A stretch of DNA of 64,000 nucleotides, from contig OZ244937.1 of the NCBI GenBank assembly GCA_965222075.1, positions 736,001 to 800,000 on the forward strand, written 5' to 3'. Position numbers and translations under genes: made by a program. Every line of letters begins with the position of its first letter. Positions within the stretch are counted from its first letter, which is position 1. Positions 20,577 to 31,554 of this stretch are shown piece after piece. The stretch is from Candidatus Latescibacterota bacterium (GTDB lineage Bacteria; Latescibacterota; UBA2968; GCA-2709665). The notes below the pieces were generated by a model. The model was not told the DNA's origin. It did no database searches and saw only the letters and a program-made list of their open reading frames with translations.

Positions 20577-21524
20577 TTAGTAGATGACGGACAAAGTTCT
20601 CTTGTCGAAGATATATAGCTTGGGATTTTTCGCGAGCTTGTCGCGGTTGACTGCGTAGTGGAGATGGGGGGCCGTAGACCGGCCGGAGTTCCCCATTTTG
20701 CCGATCACGCCGCCCCGTTGGACTTTCTGGGTTTTTTTGACGGGTGGCCTTTTGAGAAGGTGGGCATAGAGGGTAGACAGACCGGACCCGTGATCGATGG
20801 ATACATACCATCCCAGGAGTTTGTCTCTACCCACCTTTTTTACCACGCCATCCGCAGTGGCCAGGATATCGGTTCCCTTGTGTCCGGCAATATCAAGACC
20901 CTTGTGGAATTGTCGCCTTCCGGTAAACGGGTCGGTACGCCAGCCGAATCCTGAGGAGTACCAATATTCCGCATCGGGAGGAAGGGGTAAAATAGAAGGC
21001 AGATGGCGCCGTTCTTGCTCATTTTGCGTCATGTAGCTCCTGATACTGTCGAAGCTTGTCTGGAGAAAACGGGCTTCTCGAAGGAGCTGATCCAGGTCGG
21101 TATGGGTCTGGGTGAGTAATGCCGAGGTTTCATATGAAACCCGGTTCTCCCAGAGGGGGACCTCTTCGGAGATCCCGCCAGCACCCATCTTCCGGACATC
21201 TTCACCCGGTTCGGAGAAGCTGACCCAGGCACGCAGCTTGCGGTCGATTTGCGTGAGTCCATCGACCTGGTTGCGGAGGGTCTTCAGTCTTTTCTGCACC
21301 CTCTCAAACTGAACTTTCAGCTCTTCATTTTCCGTTTGAAGAACGGAGAACTCGATTTCTCGGTTGAGTTGAATGTAGTAGCCGATGGCGTGGAAGATCA
21401 GCGCACACAGGGAGATGACGCATACGGTCAAGAGCCCCCAGAAGAAGGGACGGGAGATGTTGAGTTCCCGGATACGGTCCTCATTGTGGGGAATGACCAG
21501 GAGGGTGAGGTATTTCTTGCTCAT
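20577..21524 (-). CDS. M23-family metallopeptidase
   Basis: TM helix plus coiled coil; FGWRTDPF, HKGLD, STAPHLHY. Confidence 0.9.
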   Translation of the reverse strand: MSKKYLTLLVIPHNEDRIRELNISRPFFWGLLTVCVISLCALIFHAIGYYIQLNREIEFSVLQTENEELKVQFERVQKRLKTLRNQVDGLTQIDRKLRAWVSFSEPGEDVRKMGAGGISEEVPLWENRVSYETSALLTQTHTDLDQLLREARFLQTSFDSIRSYMTQNEQERRHLPSILPLPPDAEYWYSSGFGWRTDPFTGRRQFHKGLDIAGHKGTDILATADGVVKKVGRDKLLGWYVSIDHGSGLSTLYAHLLKRPPVKKTQKVQRGGVIGKMGNSGRSTAPHLHYAVNRDKLAKNPKLYIFDKRTLSVIY

Positions 21525-21656
21525 CGGCGAGCCCCTCTCATAACTCTACTTAATTGAACTCTTTTTCGTTATTATAGAATTTCATAACAAATTCGTCGCA
21601 ATGTAAGCATTTTGGCGCCTTTTGTCAAGCCAAGAAAAGAAGTTCACCCGGGAGGC

Positions 21657-23015
21657 CTATCCCCTGCCTTTGGGGGTCAGATAGGCTTTGACTTCCGATT
21701 TAAGCGCACCGCGCAGCACAGGATCGTCGATGCAGAATACCCGTACGACCTTGGCCTGGACCTCAAAATTGTCGATGAGGGATTCTTTGAGCATCGAGAC
21801 TTCGGGGTCGTCGAAGGTGAGGGGATCGGCCTTGTCCACGGGGATGTGGGAGCCGAAGTAGACCTTGAGGTCGACTTCGGGGCTTTTGCCGAAGCGAGGG
21901 ATGTCGATGAGGATCTCATCGCCTTTCAAAGCGAGGCCCGTTTTTTGGGAGAAGATTCTGCAAAGGTCGATTTCCAGCTCCCGGCGGTCCTCCGGATTGT
22001 AGTAAAGGCGGGCGAGTTCCTCCATCAGGTCTTGCCCTCGCTCGTGCGGGAAGAAGATCCGGGCGACCTTGTAGAGCTTCCGGCGCTTGAGACGCCCGAC
22101 CATGCTGGTACGTCTGTCAATGCCGAGCCGGTCCATTTCCATTCCCAGGCGGTGGACCAGATCGGCTTCGGTGGATCGGTCGAAGTCGGTTTCGTGAAGG
22201 CTGCATTCGGGGTGGTGGAGCAGGTCCTGCACCCCCCGTTTGAACATGGCATTGGCCGAGCGGACGGCGTGGTGCAAGTAGACATTTCGGTACATCAGGT
22301 AGTTTGTAAAGATGAGCGCCTCTACGGCCGAGACGCCTTTGTAGGTGATGGCGGGCCGCTGGCTTTCCGGGTCGAAAGTGATGGATTTGATCAGGCGGTC
22401 CCGGTTGACGCTCTCCCCGAAGGGGACGCCGCAGTAGCGGGCGTCTCGCAGGAGATAGTCGATCTTGTCCGGGTCGAGGGTGCCGCTGAGGATGTGGGCC
22501 AGCCGCAGGTCCCGGTCGGGAATTTCAACGGCCTTATTGTTGTAGTCGATGACATTGGCGACCCGGATCGGATCGGTTCCGGCGTTGTGGAGGGCTGCGT
22601 GGATTTCGGTGGTGGGGTCCAGGATGATCTGCCGGCCGCGCGTTTCGTGGTCGATGAAGAACATCTGCATTTCTTCGAAGAGGTGCGAAAAGGGGTAGTG
22701 GCCGATATCGTGGAGGAGGCTCGCCACCAGCAGCACCCTGACGTCTTCCAGGTCGATGTGGAGGGGCGGGTCCGCCTGGAGGAGCCGGTGTAAAAACTGA
22801 CCGGTGAGGTGGAAAACCCCCAGGGAGTGCTCAAAACGGGAGTGGCGGGCGCCCGGATAGACCAGAAAGACGTGGCCAAGCTGCGAGATGTCGCGCAAGC
22901 GCTGGAATTCATCCGTATCCAACAGGGGGACCACATCCCAGGGGATGTGGATGTAGCCCCAGATAGGATCCCGGATGGCTTTCCCTGTTTGCAGAAATTG
23001 GAGGTCAATACGCAT
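21657..23015 (-). CDS. HD-domain phosphohydrolase (SAMHD1/dNTPase-like)
   Basis: IRDPIWG, FQRLR.I.QLG, HSRFEHSLG, LLHDIGHYPFSH, DKIDYLLRD. Confidence 0.9.
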   Translation of the reverse strand: MRIDLQFLQTGKAIRDPIWGYIHIPWDVVPLLDTDEFQRLRDISQLGHVFLVYPGARHSRFEHSLGVFHLTGQFLHRLLQADPPLHIDLEDVRVLLVASLLHDIGHYPFSHLFEEMQMFFIDHETRGRQIILDPTTEIHAALHNAGTDPIRVANVIDYNNKAVEIPDRDLRLAHILSGTLDPDKIDYLLRDARYCGVPFGESVNRDRLIKSITFDPESQRPAITYKGVSAVEALIFTNYLMYRNVYLHHAVRSANAMFKRGVQDLLHHPECSLHETDFDRSTEADLVHRLGMEMDRLGIDRRTSMVGRLKRRKLYKVARIFFPHERGQDLMEELARLYYNPEDRRELEIDLCRIFSQKTGLALKGDEILIDIPRFGKSPEVDLKVYFGSHIPVDKADPLTFDDPEVSMLKESLIDNFEVQAKVVRVFCIDDPVLRGALKSEVKAYLTPKGRG

Positions 23016-23179
23016 AAATGGGAAGAGGAATGGAGGAAGCGACGGGTGTTTTCCGTGATTCTCATGTCGCAGTGTTTCTGAGAGATCCGCATCAGGACGG
23101 TGAAAAGTAAATAAGCCAATTCAAGCCCCAAAGGCAAGGACAAAAGTCAAAACAGCTTCTAAGGCAAAGGATTCATGAA

Positions 23180-23872
23180 ATGAAGCAGGCGACGGACGCC
23201 CGTAGGAGGGTGGTCAGAAAAATGGTCCGCGCACTGGACCGGGTGTTTGGTGGCGCAGCGTGGGACCGCAAGCAAAAACCGCCAGATCCCCTGGACAGTC
23301 TGATGCGGACGATTTTGTCTCAGAATACTACGGATGAGAATCGGGATCGGGCTTACGAGCGTCTGAGGGAGCGGTTTCCGACCTGGGAAGCAGTGATGGA
23401 GGCCAGGCCAGAGGAGGTGAAAGACGCGATTCGGGTTGCCGGGCTGGCCAACCGGAAGGGCCCGAATATGCAGGCGTTTTTGCGGTGGCTGAAGTCGAAG
23501 CGGGGGGAACTCAGGCTGGATTTTATTCGAGATCTGCCAGAAGATAGCGCGATCGACACGCTGACCCGGCATCGGGGCGTCGGGATCAAGACGGCGTATA
23601 TTGTTCTGGCGTTTGCCTGCAACAGGGATCTGTGTGCGGTGGATACGCACGTGCACAGGATCTTAAGGCGCGTGGGGGTTATCGACGAGGGGTGCGGACG
23701 CGAGAAGGCGCACACAGAGCTGGCGCCGCTGATTCCAAAGGGGAAGGCGCGGGAATTTCACGTCAATCTGATCGATTTTGGCAAAACGGTCTGCACCGCC
23801 CGGAACCCGGCGTGTGAGACGTGTCCAATCGCCCGCATGTGCCGGTATTATCAGATGGGGCGGAAGGGGTAG
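23180..23872 (+). CDS. nth: Endonuclease III-family DNA glycosylase
   Basis: ILSQNTTD, HhH motif GVGIKTA, VDTHV, 4Fe-4S motif C-x6-C-x2-C-x5-C. Confidence 0.85.
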   Translation: MKQATDARRRVVRKMVRALDRVFGGAAWDRKQKPPDPLDSLMRTILSQNTTDENRDRAYERLRERFPTWEAVMEARPEEVKDAIRVAGLANRKGPNMQAFLRWLKSKRGELRLDFIRDLPEDSAIDTLTRHRGVGIKTAYIVLAFACNRDLCAVDTHVHRILRRVGVIDEGCGREKAHTELAPLIPKGKAREFHVNLIDFGKTVCTARNPACETCPIARMCRYYQMGRKG

Positions 23873-23913
23873 GGGGGATCGTCCGGGTGGGGGGGGTGAC
23901 ACTGTGTTTTTGC

Positions 23914-23942
23914 TTGACACCAATGGGGGAATCGTCTATCTT
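23914..23942 (+). promoter_or_regulatory. Sigma70 promoter of the tRNA pair
   Basis: TTGACA-N17-TATCTT. Confidence 0.7.
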
Positions 23943-23987
23943 TAACCATTCGATCTGAAATAAGTGGCTTTGTAGGCTGGACTTGGA

Positions 23988-24061
23988 GCTCCCGTAGCTC
24001 AGGTGGATAGAGCAACTGCCTTCTAAGCAGTAGGTCGCAGGTTCGAGTCCTGCCGGGAGTA
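23988..24061 (+). tRNA. tRNA-Arg(TCT), CCA not encoded
   Basis: Acceptor stem GCTCCCG/CGGGAGT, anticodon arm ACTGC-CTTCTAA-GCAGT, T-loop GGTTCGAGTCC. Confidence 0.95.
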
Positions 24062-24075
24062 GAGACGGACAGTGT

Positions 24076-24154
24076 GGTGGGTGTAGCTCAGTATGGTTAG
24101 AGCGCCTGGTTGTGGCCCAGGAGGTCGGGGGTTCAAATCCCCTCACTCACCCCA
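24076..24154 (+). tRNA. tRNA-His(GTG) with G-1 and encoded CCA
   Basis: Anticodon arm CCTGG-TTGTGGC-CCAGG, GGTTCAAATCC, C discriminator. Confidence 0.95.
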
Positions 24155-24186
24155 CAATACGCATCTTTCTACCTGTTCGATTTACG

Positions 24187-24232
24187 GCCTTTGGCTCTTG
24201 GCGATTCGCATGGAGGGCTAAAGGCTTTTTTG
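24187..24232 (+). terminator. Terminator after the tRNAs
   Basis: GCCTTTGGCTCT...GGGCTAAAGGC followed by a T-tract. Confidence 0.65.
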
Positions 24233-24319
24233 GAATAATCCCGTCACGCGTCGAAAGTGGTGTGTCCCGCCTGACGCGTGGATGACTCGCGACGCTCGAC
24301 TATCCGATATGGGCCTGAG

Positions 24320-25672
24320 ATGAACCTGTTCAAGCGTTTTCGAAAGCGTCCCTTCCGCGCCGTGGTGATCGGGCTGGACGGGGTGCCCCACAGTCTGGTG
24401 CAGCGGCTGGTGGACGAAGGGCGGATGCCAAATTTTTCGGCGCTGTTAGACAGGGGGTGCCTGTTGCCGATGCAGTCGGTGCTGCCTACGGTGTCGTCTG
24501 TGGCCTGGGCGTCGATTGTGACGGGGTGCAATCCGGGAAAGCACAATATTTACGGATTTATCGACCGGGTGCCGCAGACGCATGAGATGTTTATCCCCAC
24601 GTCCCGGAATCTGAAGGCCAAAACCTGGGTCGAACTTTTCAGCGGCCTGGGGAAGCGGATCTTCTCCATGGGGGTGCCAACGACGTATCCGCCCAGGGCG
24701 GTGAACGGCGTGCTGATTTCCGGGTTTCTGGCTCCGGATTTACAGCGGGCGACCTATCCGCTTCAGATTGCGAAGGAGCTGGAGGAGATGGGGTATGTCA
24801 TCGATATCGACGCCTGGCAGGCGCGTGAAGACAGGGATAAATTCCTGGATGAGGTCTTTCACGCCTTAGAGCGGCGGTGTGAGGCGATGTTCCATTTTTT
24901 AAGCCAGGGGCCCTGGGATCTGTTTGTGGCGCATGTGATGGATACGGATCGGCTGCACCATTTTCTGTGGGGGTACATAGAGGATGGGAACGAGGCGTAC
25001 ACTTCCTGGTTTCACCGATTTTACGAGCGGGTTGACGAGGCCCTCGGAGAGTTGGTAAGCAGGCTGGATGAAGATGTGCTTTTGATGATTTTGTCGGATC
25101 ACGGATTTTGCAGGCTGAAGCAGGAGGTCCACCTCAATACCTGGTTGAGGCAGGCCGGGTACCTGCAATTTGCTTCTAAGGCGCCCAGGCAGCTTCGGGA
25201 TCTGTCGCCTTCTACGCGGTGTTATTCGCTCCTACCGGGGCGCTTCTACGTCTGTGTTCAGGGGCGGGAGCACAACGGCCGTGTGGCGCCTGGGAGCGAG
25301 TACGAGGCCGTGCGGCGAGATGTTGCAGCGGCGCTGCTGGAGATCCGGGACCCGGAAACGGGAGGCCAGGTGGTCCAAAAGGTGCTGATGCGGGAGGAGG
25401 TCTACAGCGGTTCCGCCTGTGACGCCGCCCCCGATTTTGTGGCGATGCCAGCCGAGGGATACGATCTCAAAGGGGGATTTGAAAAGGATGTCCTGCTGGA
25501 AAGGGGTCCGGTAAACGGCACCCATACGTTTGAAGATGCGATGTTTTATGTGAACCGTCGGTGCGAGGAGAGCAGCGATCTGTCGGTGATCGACGTGATG
25601 CCAACGCTCCTGGAAGAGATGGGGATAGAGGTGCCCGAGGCGTTGGATGGGTGCCCGCTGGTTCTGAGATAG
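24320..25672 (+). CDS. Alkaline phosphatase-superfamily nucleotide pyrophosphatase/phosphodiesterase
   Basis: VIGLDG, TVSSVAWASIVTGCNPGKH, TDRLHH, SDHGF, GTH. Confidence 0.85.
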   Translation: MNLFKRFRKRPFRAVVIGLDGVPHSLVQRLVDEGRMPNFSALLDRGCLLPMQSVLPTVSSVAWASIVTGCNPGKHNIYGFIDRVPQTHEMFIPTSRNLKAKTWVELFSGLGKRIFSMGVPTTYPPRAVNGVLISGFLAPDLQRATYPLQIAKELEEMGYVIDIDAWQAREDRDKFLDEVFHALERRCEAMFHFLSQGPWDLFVAHVMDTDRLHHFLWGYIEDGNEAYTSWFHRFYERVDEALGELVSRLDEDVLLMILSDHGFCRLKQEVHLNTWLRQAGYLQFASKAPRQLRDLSPSTRCYSLLPGRFYVCVQGREHNGRVAPGSEYEAVRRDVAAALLEIRDPETGGQVVQKVLMREEVYSGSACDAAPDFVAMPAEGYDLKGGFEKDVLLERGPVNGTHTFEDAMFYVNRRCEESSDLSVIDVMPTLLEEMGIEVPEALDGCPLVLR

Positions 25673-25687
25673 GCAGGTGAGGGACCT

Positions 25688-26794
25688 ATTTCTCAGCCCT
25701 GTAAAATCATCCTCGTTGTCAGTGCGCGGCCGAATTTTATGAAGGTCGCCCCTATTTTGAGCCATCTGAAGGCGATGCCGGATCTGTTTCGGCCGCTGCT
25801 GGTACATACCGGACAGCACTACGACGTGCAGATGTCGGATGTGTTCTTTCAGGAACTGGGGCTTCCGGAACCGGATTACCACCTGGGCGTCGGATCTGGT
25901 ACGGAGGCGGAACAGACGGCCGGGGTGATGGTGGCCTTTGAGGAGGTCCTGCTGAAGGCGATGCCGGATCTGGTGGTGGTGGTGGGAGATGTGACCCCCA
26001 CGATGGCCTGCAGCATCAACGCCGCAAAGCTGTGGGTTCCGGTTGCCCACGTGGAGGCGGGGCTGCGCAGCGGAGACAGGCGGATGCCGGAGGAGATCAA
26101 CCGGATTGTGACAGATGCGCTTTCCACCTTTTTCTTTACGCCTTCGCCGGATGGGGATGCAAATCTGCTCCGGGCAGGGGTTGTACCGGAACGGATCTTC
26201 TGTGTGGGGAATGTGATGATCGATTCCCTGCGCCGGCTGGAACCTTTGGCAGACCGGTCGGATGTGGTTGAACGGCTGGGGGTTGAAGAGAAAGGGTATG
26301 CGCTGCTGACAATGCATCGGGTGTCCAATGTGGACCAACAGGACGTGTTAAAGGGGATTCTGAGCGCTGTGGAACAGGTCCAGAGGGAACTGCCCATTGT
26401 GTTCCCTCTTCACCCTCGGACCCGGAAGCGCATTGCTGCGTTCGGGCTGGAGGGGATGGTTGGGGGAATGAAAAACCTGAAGGTGACGGAGCCGGTGGGC
26501 TATTTCGACATCCTCAAGCTCCAGAAGGCGGCCCGGCTGGTGCTGACCGATTCGGGAGGCATACAGGAAGAGACAACGGCCCTGAGGGTACCCTGTCTGA
26601 CGCTTCGAGAAAATACGGAGCGTCCGGTGACCATTGAGGTAGGGACAAACACGCTGGTTGGGGTGGACCCCAAAGCCATTGTGGAGACGACGCAGAGGGT
26701 TCTGAAAGGGGATTATAAGCAGGGGAGGGTCCCAGACCTCTGGGATGGGCACGCGGCAGAGCGGATTGTGGGGGTGCTGTGCGAACAGTTGTGA
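25688..26794 (+). CDS. wecB: UDP-N-acetylglucosamine 2-epimerase (probable ATT start)
   Basis: KIILVVSARPNFMK, HTGQHYD, HVEAGLRS, MPEEINR, TDSGGIQEE, RENTERP. Confidence 0.9.
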   Translation: MSQPCKIILVVSARPNFMKVAPILSHLKAMPDLFRPLLVHTGQHYDVQMSDVFFQELGLPEPDYHLGVGSGTEAEQTAGVMVAFEEVLLKAMPDLVVVVGDVTPTMACSINAAKLWVPVAHVEAGLRSGDRRMPEEINRIVTDALSTFFFTPSPDGDANLLRAGVVPERIFCVGNVMIDSLRRLEPLADRSDVVERLGVEEKGYALLTMHRVSNVDQQDVLKGILSAVEQVQRELPIVFPLHPRTRKRIAAFGLEGMVGGMKNLKVTEPVGYFDILKLQKAARLVLTDSGGIQEETTALRVPCLTLRENTERPVTIEVGTNTLVGVDPKAIVETTQRVLKGDYKQGRVPDLWDGHAAERIVGVLCEQL

Positions 26795-26841
26795 AGCACA
26801 CCAGGAGATCGTGCACGATCGACCAACGGAAAAGAGAATTT

Positions 26842-27447
26842 ATGGGGTGTATGCGTATTTTGCCTTCGCTTCTGATTCTGGCGATGGGAGGGGTATGGAT
26901 GCAGGCAGAGGGGTATGGGGACGGGCATGTCCTGGATACGAGTGAGGAGAACATGAAGCGGATCGCCAGGTCGCTGGGGGTGGAGTGTACACATTGTCAC
27001 CTTGCACCGGATGGAAAGATCGACTACGAGGCGCCCTCCCCTCTTAAGGAGACAGCGATTCATATGAAGGTCCATTTTGTGGACAGTCTGAAGACGGTGG
27101 ACGGAGAGGCGCTGAGATGCGTTTCCTGCCACAACGGCGCGGCCCGGTTTCTGCCCCGCAACGTGAAGGACGCCAAGCCCTCCAATCTCTCTGAACACAT
27201 GGACCGGAAAGAGATTATCAGGATGATGAGGCATCAGGCGAAGCAACTGGGGGTGAACTGTGATTTCTGCCATGTCAGGAGCGAGGACGGCAGACTGGCG
27301 CCTGCACAACCGACCAGGCATAAATTGATCGCCAAATACATGATGGATCATTTCGCGGGCAAGCTGGTGACGCTGGACGGAAAGCCCGCGACCTGTCAGA
27401 CCTGTCACCACGGGCAGGCGGAGTTCCTGCCGCGTTCCAGGCATTAG
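26842..27447 (+). CDS. Periplasmic tetraheme c-type cytochrome (PufC-like diheme repeat x2)
   Basis: Signal peptide; CTHCH, CVSCH, CDFCH, CQTCH; repeated M...LGVxCxxCH unit. Confidence 0.8.
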   Translation: MGCMRILPSLLILAMGGVWMQAEGYGDGHVLDTSEENMKRIARSLGVECTHCHLAPDGKIDYEAPSPLKETAIHMKVHFVDSLKTVDGEALRCVSCHNGAARFLPRNVKDAKPSNLSEHMDRKEIIRMMRHQAKQLGVNCDFCHVRSEDGRLAPAQPTRHKLIAKYMMDHFAGKLVTLDGKPATCQTCHHGQAEFLPRSRH

Positions 27448-27531
27448 ACGGAGTAGGAAAGGCGACCGACAAAATGAAAGAGGTCGGACAGCGGGTGCTG
27501 TCCGACCTCTTTTTGGTGTTTGCAAGTGGGG

Positions 27532-30500
27532 TTAAGAACATCCCACCGAGTTGCCGCAGTTCAAACACCGATAGCAAGAGCCGTTCCGGACGGTGATGTG
27601 CCCGCAGGTGTCACAGAAGGGCGCGTCGCCCATCATGTGAGAGAGCTGCTCGTCTAAGACCAGGGTCTGCGACTGAGGATGTGTCTGCTGGTGTTCCTGT
27701 GGATGTTCCTGCTGGTGTCTGGTCGCGGTGGCCCGAACTTTCGTGCCCAGTCCGTTGCCGCTCGCAGCAGGGGCGGCGGCGGTGGGCAGGGAGATCGTCT
27801 GGGGTGAGGATGATTCCCGTTTTGCAGCAGGTTTTGATCCGTTGGCACCAACGGGCGGAGCCGATGCAGACGCGTCCGGAGAGGGTCTGTCTTGCGCAGT
27901 TGACCCCACCTGCTTCTCGGCTTCGTGTGCCGCCTCTTCATTGATGTCCGACGCAATATCTTCGGGTTTGACCTGGAGGAAGTCGGTGCGTCCGAGGTAC
28001 TCGTAGCCGAGCAACCGGAAGACGTAGTCGATTATAGAGGTCCCAAATTTGATGTTGGGGTGGTCTACCGTTCCCCAGGGTTCGAACCGCGTGAAGGTGA
28101 AGGTGTCAACGAATTCCTCCAAGGGCACCCCGTACTGGAGACCCTTGGAGACGGCAATGGCAAAGCAGTTGAGCATGATTCGGAACGGCGCCCCCTCTTT
28201 GTGCATATCGATGAAGATCTCGCCCAGGGTGCCGTCTTCGTATTCCCCGGTGCGCAGGTAGACCTTTTGACCGGCCACGCGGGCCTCCTGGGTGAAGCCC
28301 TGCCGTTTGGACGGCAGACGGCGCTGGACGGCGCGTTGGGCGACAGCGGGCTGTTTTTCGTCGGTTTCGGGCACCGGGGCTTCGGCTTTGCTGACTTCGG
28401 TTTCCGTGTCTTTGTCGTCGGAAGAGGTGCTGAGGGGCTGGGAGAGTTTGGAGCCGTCCCTGTAAATGGCCACCGCTTTGAGGCCCAGCCGCCAGCCTTC
28501 TACGTAGAGGTCTTCGATCTCCCCAGCAGTGGTCTCCTGGGGAACGTTGATGGTTTTGGAGATCGCCCCGCTGATAAATTTCTGCGCCGTGGCCATCATG
28601 GTCAGGTGCGCCATAGGGGCGATGAAGCGTTTGCCGTGCTTTCCGCACTTGTTGGCACAGTCGAAGACCGGGAGGTGCTCCTCCCTGAGGTGGGGGGCGC
28701 CTTCGACGGTCATGCGGCCGCAGACCACATCGTTGGCCTCCTGGATCTGGGCAGGGCTGAAGCCGAGGGCCCTCAGAAGGTTGAAGGCGGGAGCATTGTA
28801 CTGCTCAGGGGTGAACCCGAGCCGCTGCATGGCCTCTTCCCCCAGGGTCCAGGGGGCGAATGCAAAGGGGAGTTCAAAGGCGCCGGGCAGCGCCGTTTCG
28901 ATCTTTTTCAGTTCACCGTCCGTAAAGCCCACCTCACGCAGGGTTTTGGCGTTGATGTGGGGCGCGCCTTCCAGCGAGAGGGTGCCGCAGATGTAGGTGA
29001 GGATATCCCGTATCCGGTCATCGGCATACCCGAGCTGCCGGAGGGCTTTGGGCACCGAGGCATTCACGATTTTGAAGTAGCCGCCCCCGGCGAGTTTTTT
29101 GAATTTGACCAGTGCAAAGTCGGGCTCAACGCCGGTGGTGTCGCACTCCATGAGGAGGCCGATGGTGCCCGTGGGGGCAAGTACGGTGGCCTGGGCGTTC
29201 CGGTAGCCGTGGGTTTCACCCAGTTTTACAGCACGGTCCCAGTTTTCACAGGCGGCGCCAAGGAGGTCTGGCGGGCAGGCCGCCGCATCGATCTCATAGG
29301 CGGCGTCCCGGTGCATATTCATCACCTTGAGCATGGACTTCCGGTTGCGCTCGAAGCCGGGGAACGGGCCTTTATCGGCCGCCATCCGGGCCGAAGTCTC
29401 ATAGGCCTGCCCACACATGATGGCGGTAATGGCCCCGCACACGGCCCTGGCTTCGGGGTTGTCGTAGGGCAGGCCCATGACCATCAGCAGGGTGCCCAGG
29501 TTGGCATAGCCAAGGCCCAGCGGCCGGTAGTCGTGGCTGTTTTGCGCGATCTGTTGGGTGGGATAAGACGCAAAATCGACGAGGATTTCCTGGGCGATGA
29601 AAAAGAGCTTGCAGGCGTAGCGGAAGCCCTCGATGTCGAAGGTGCCGTCCTCTTTGAAGAACTTTATCAGGTTGATCGAGGCAAGGTTGCAGGCGGTGTT
29701 GTCCAGGAACATGTATTCGGAGCAGGGGTTGGACCCGTTGATCCGGTCGGTTTGGGAACAGGTGTGCCATCGGTTGATGGTGGTGTCGTACTGCATCCCG
29801 GGATCGGCGCAGACCCAGGCGGCCTCGGAAATTTGGTGCATGAGGTCCTGGGCCTTAAATGTCTCGTGGATTTCCCCGGTGGTGCGCAGGTGGGTACTCC
29901 ATTCGCCGTTGTTGGCGTAGGCGTCCATGAACGCATCGGAGACGCGTACGGAGTTGTTGGAGTTCTGACCGGAGACGGTTTTATAGGCCTCGCCATTGAA
30001 GTCGGCGGTGTAGCCTGCCGCGATGAGGGCCGCCACTTTCTTCTCTTCACGCGCTTTCCAGTTGATGAAATCGATGATTTCGGGGTGGTCCATGTCCAGG
30101 CAGACCATCTTGGCTGCCCGGCGGGTGATGCCGCCCGATTTGGTGGCCCCGGCGCCTTTGTCGAACACCTCTAAGAAGGACATCAGGCCAGAAGAGGTGC
30201 CGCCCCCGGACAGCTCTTCCATTCTGCCCCGGATTTTAGAGAAGTTGGTGCCGGTTCCGGAGCCATATTTAAAGAGTCTGGCTTCGTTCTTAAGCAGGTC
30301 GAATATATCCATCAGATCGTCACCGACCGATTGAATATAGCAGGCCGAACACTGGGGGTGAGAATAGGAGTCTCTGGTCTCTAAGACCCGGTCTCGCATC
30401 CGGTCCCAGTACCAGTGGCCGCCGTTGCCCTTTTTGATTTTATATTCGTGGTAGAGCCCGCAGTTGAACCAGACCGGAGAGTTGAAGGCGCCCATCTGGT

Positions 30501-30843
30501 GGACGAGATGATAGGCGAGTTCGGCCTCAAAGGTGTCGGCATCCTCCCGGGTATCGAAGTAGCCCCCCTGTCCCTCGCCTGCGGCCCGGATGGTGTGGGC
30601 CAGGCGGTGGACCACCTGCCGCACCGAGGTTTCGTGTCCGGTTTTGGGAACGCCTCGCTTGCGGAAATACTTGGACGCCACGATGTCGGTTGCCAGCTGG
30701 GACCAGGAGACGGGGACTTCCAGGCCTTCCATTCGGAAGACCTCTGAACCGTCCGGGTTGGTAATGACGGTCGTGCGCTTTTCGTAGGTGGTCTGATCGA
30801 GGGGGTTTTGGCCGGGCGATGTATGTCTGCGTTCAAGCTTCAT
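27532..30843 (-). CDS. nrdJ: Class II (B12-dependent) ribonucleotide reductase
   Basis: [35 protein letters not shown]; TSCPD-type region; C-terminal CxxC..CxxC. Confidence 0.95.
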   Translation of the reverse strand: MKLERRHTSPGQNPLDQTTYEKRTTVITNPDGSEVFRMEGLEVPVSWSQLATDIVASKYFRKRGVPKTGHETSVRQVVHRLAHTIRAAGEGQGGYFDTREDADTFEAELAYHLVHQMGAFNSPVWFNCGLYHEYKIKKGNGGHWYWDRMRDRVLETRDSYSHPQCSACYIQSVGDDLMDIFDLLKNEARLFKYGSGTGTNFSKIRGRMEELSGGGTSSGLMSFLEVFDKGAGATKSGGITRRAAKMVCLDMDHPEIIDFINWKAREEKKVAALIAAGYTADFNGEAYKTVSGQNSNNSVRVSDAFMDAYANNGEWSTHLRTTGEIHETFKAQDLMHQISEAAWVCADPGMQYDTTINRWHTCSQTDRINGSNPCSEYMFLDNTACNLASINLIKFFKEDGTFDIEGFRYACKLFFIAQEILVDFASYPTQQIAQNSHDYRPLGLGYANLGTLLMVMGLPYDNPEARAVCGAITAIMCGQAYETSARMAADKGPFPGFERNRKSMLKVMNMHRDAAYEIDAAACPPDLLGAACENWDRAVKLGETHGYRNAQATVLAPTGTIGLLMECDTTGVEPDFALVKFKKLAGGGYFKIVNASVPKALRQLGYADDRIRDILTYICGTLSLEGAPHINAKTLREVGFTDGELKKIETALPGAFELPFAFAPWTLGEEAMQRLGFTPEQYNAPAFNLLRALGFSPAQIQEANDVVCGRMTVEGAPHLREEHLPVFDCANKCGKHGKRFIAPMAHLTMMATAQKFISGAISKTINVPQETTAGEIEDLYVEGWRLGLKAVAIYRDGSKLSQPLSTSSDDKDTETEVSKAEAPVPETDEKQPAVAQRAVQRRLPSKRQGFTQEARVAGQKVYLRTGEYEDGTLGEIFIDMHKEGAPFRIMLNCFAIAVSKGLQYGVPLEEFVDTFTFTRFEPWGTVDHPNIKFGTSIIDYVFRLLGYEYLGRTDFLQVKPEDIASDINEEAAHEAEKQVGSTAQDRPSPDASASAPPVGANGSKPAAKRESSSPQTISLPTAAAPAASGNGLGTKVRATATRHQQEHPQEHQQTHPQSQTLVLDEQLSHMMGDAPFCDTCGHITVRNGSCYRCLNCGNSVGCS

Positions 30844-31095
30844 AAAGGCTCTTCCTCCGGGGTTTGGTAGGATTTTTGAGTAGCAGCTCAACAATGTGAA
30901 ACCTTCAGGGAGACATCCCCGCTCTCAGACGGTCCGGTAAGGGAGACCGGCCGTAGAGGATACTGGCGCTATTGGGTGAGGGATGCCGATATGCTCCAGG
31001 CGTTCGCGGACGATGGGGAAACGCCATGACAAGAGGAGGAGAGGAGAAAGAGAAGTCTCTGAAACAGGGGATTGTTTATGGGATGGGGAGAGATT

Positions 31096-31554
31096 TTAAC
31101 CCGGCGACCCGAGCTGGCGGAGTTCCTTCTCAAAGTCGCTGAGGTCTTTAAACTGCCGGTAGACCGAGGCAAACCGAACGTAGGCCACGTCATCGAGGTT
31201 TTTCAATTCTTTCATGACCAGCTCGCCAATCTGTTCGTTGGCCTCAACTTCCCGTTCGCCCAGGCCGATGAGCTGGGCTTCAATGCGGTCTACGACCTCT
31301 TCGATCTGGGTGGTGGCTATCGGGCGTTTGTTGCAAGCGAGCTGGATTTTGGCAAAGAGCTTGTTTTTATCGAAGGATTCACGCCTGCCGTCGGACTTGA
31401 TAACCGTCAGGGGAGTGTCTTCGATGTATTCGTAAGTGGTAAACCGTCGGCCGCACGTAAGACATTCCCGGCGCCTGCGAATGGCCGTTCCTTCCTTACT
31501 GGATCTGGAGTCAACGACTTTGTCCTCTATCCCTTCACAGTAAGGACACCTCAT
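31096..31554 (-). CDS. nrdR: Transcriptional repressor NrdR
   Basis: MRCPYC..VVDSR..IRRRREC..RFTTYE; ATP-cone; [10 protein letters not shown]. Confidence 0.97.
   Translation of the reverse strand: MRCPYCEGIEDKVVDSRSSKEGTAIRRRRECLTCGRRFTTYEYIEDTPLTVIKSDGRRESFDKNKLFAKIQLACNKRPIATTQIEEVVDRIEAQLIGLGEREVEANEQIGELVMKELKNLDDVAYVRFASVYRQFKDLSDFEKELRQLGSPG

Noticed and set aside
23988-24240. Integrative element at the tRNAs
   Set aside because: No integrase and no duplicated tRNA 3' end seen in the window
27925-30174. 749-aa plus-strand ORF and similar long antisense ORFs (e.g. 40441-42666, 21612-22793)
   Set aside because: Shadows of high-GC genes on the opposite strand, with no motifs
27532-30843. 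Intein or intron in nrdJ
   Set aside because: No intein termini or homing-endonuclease motifs seen; the extra length is explained by known inserts and a linker
30850-31095. Cobalamin riboswitch between nrdR and nrdJ
   Set aside because: Small hairpins are present, but no B12-box (GCCACTG) or GGGAA core in the right arrangement
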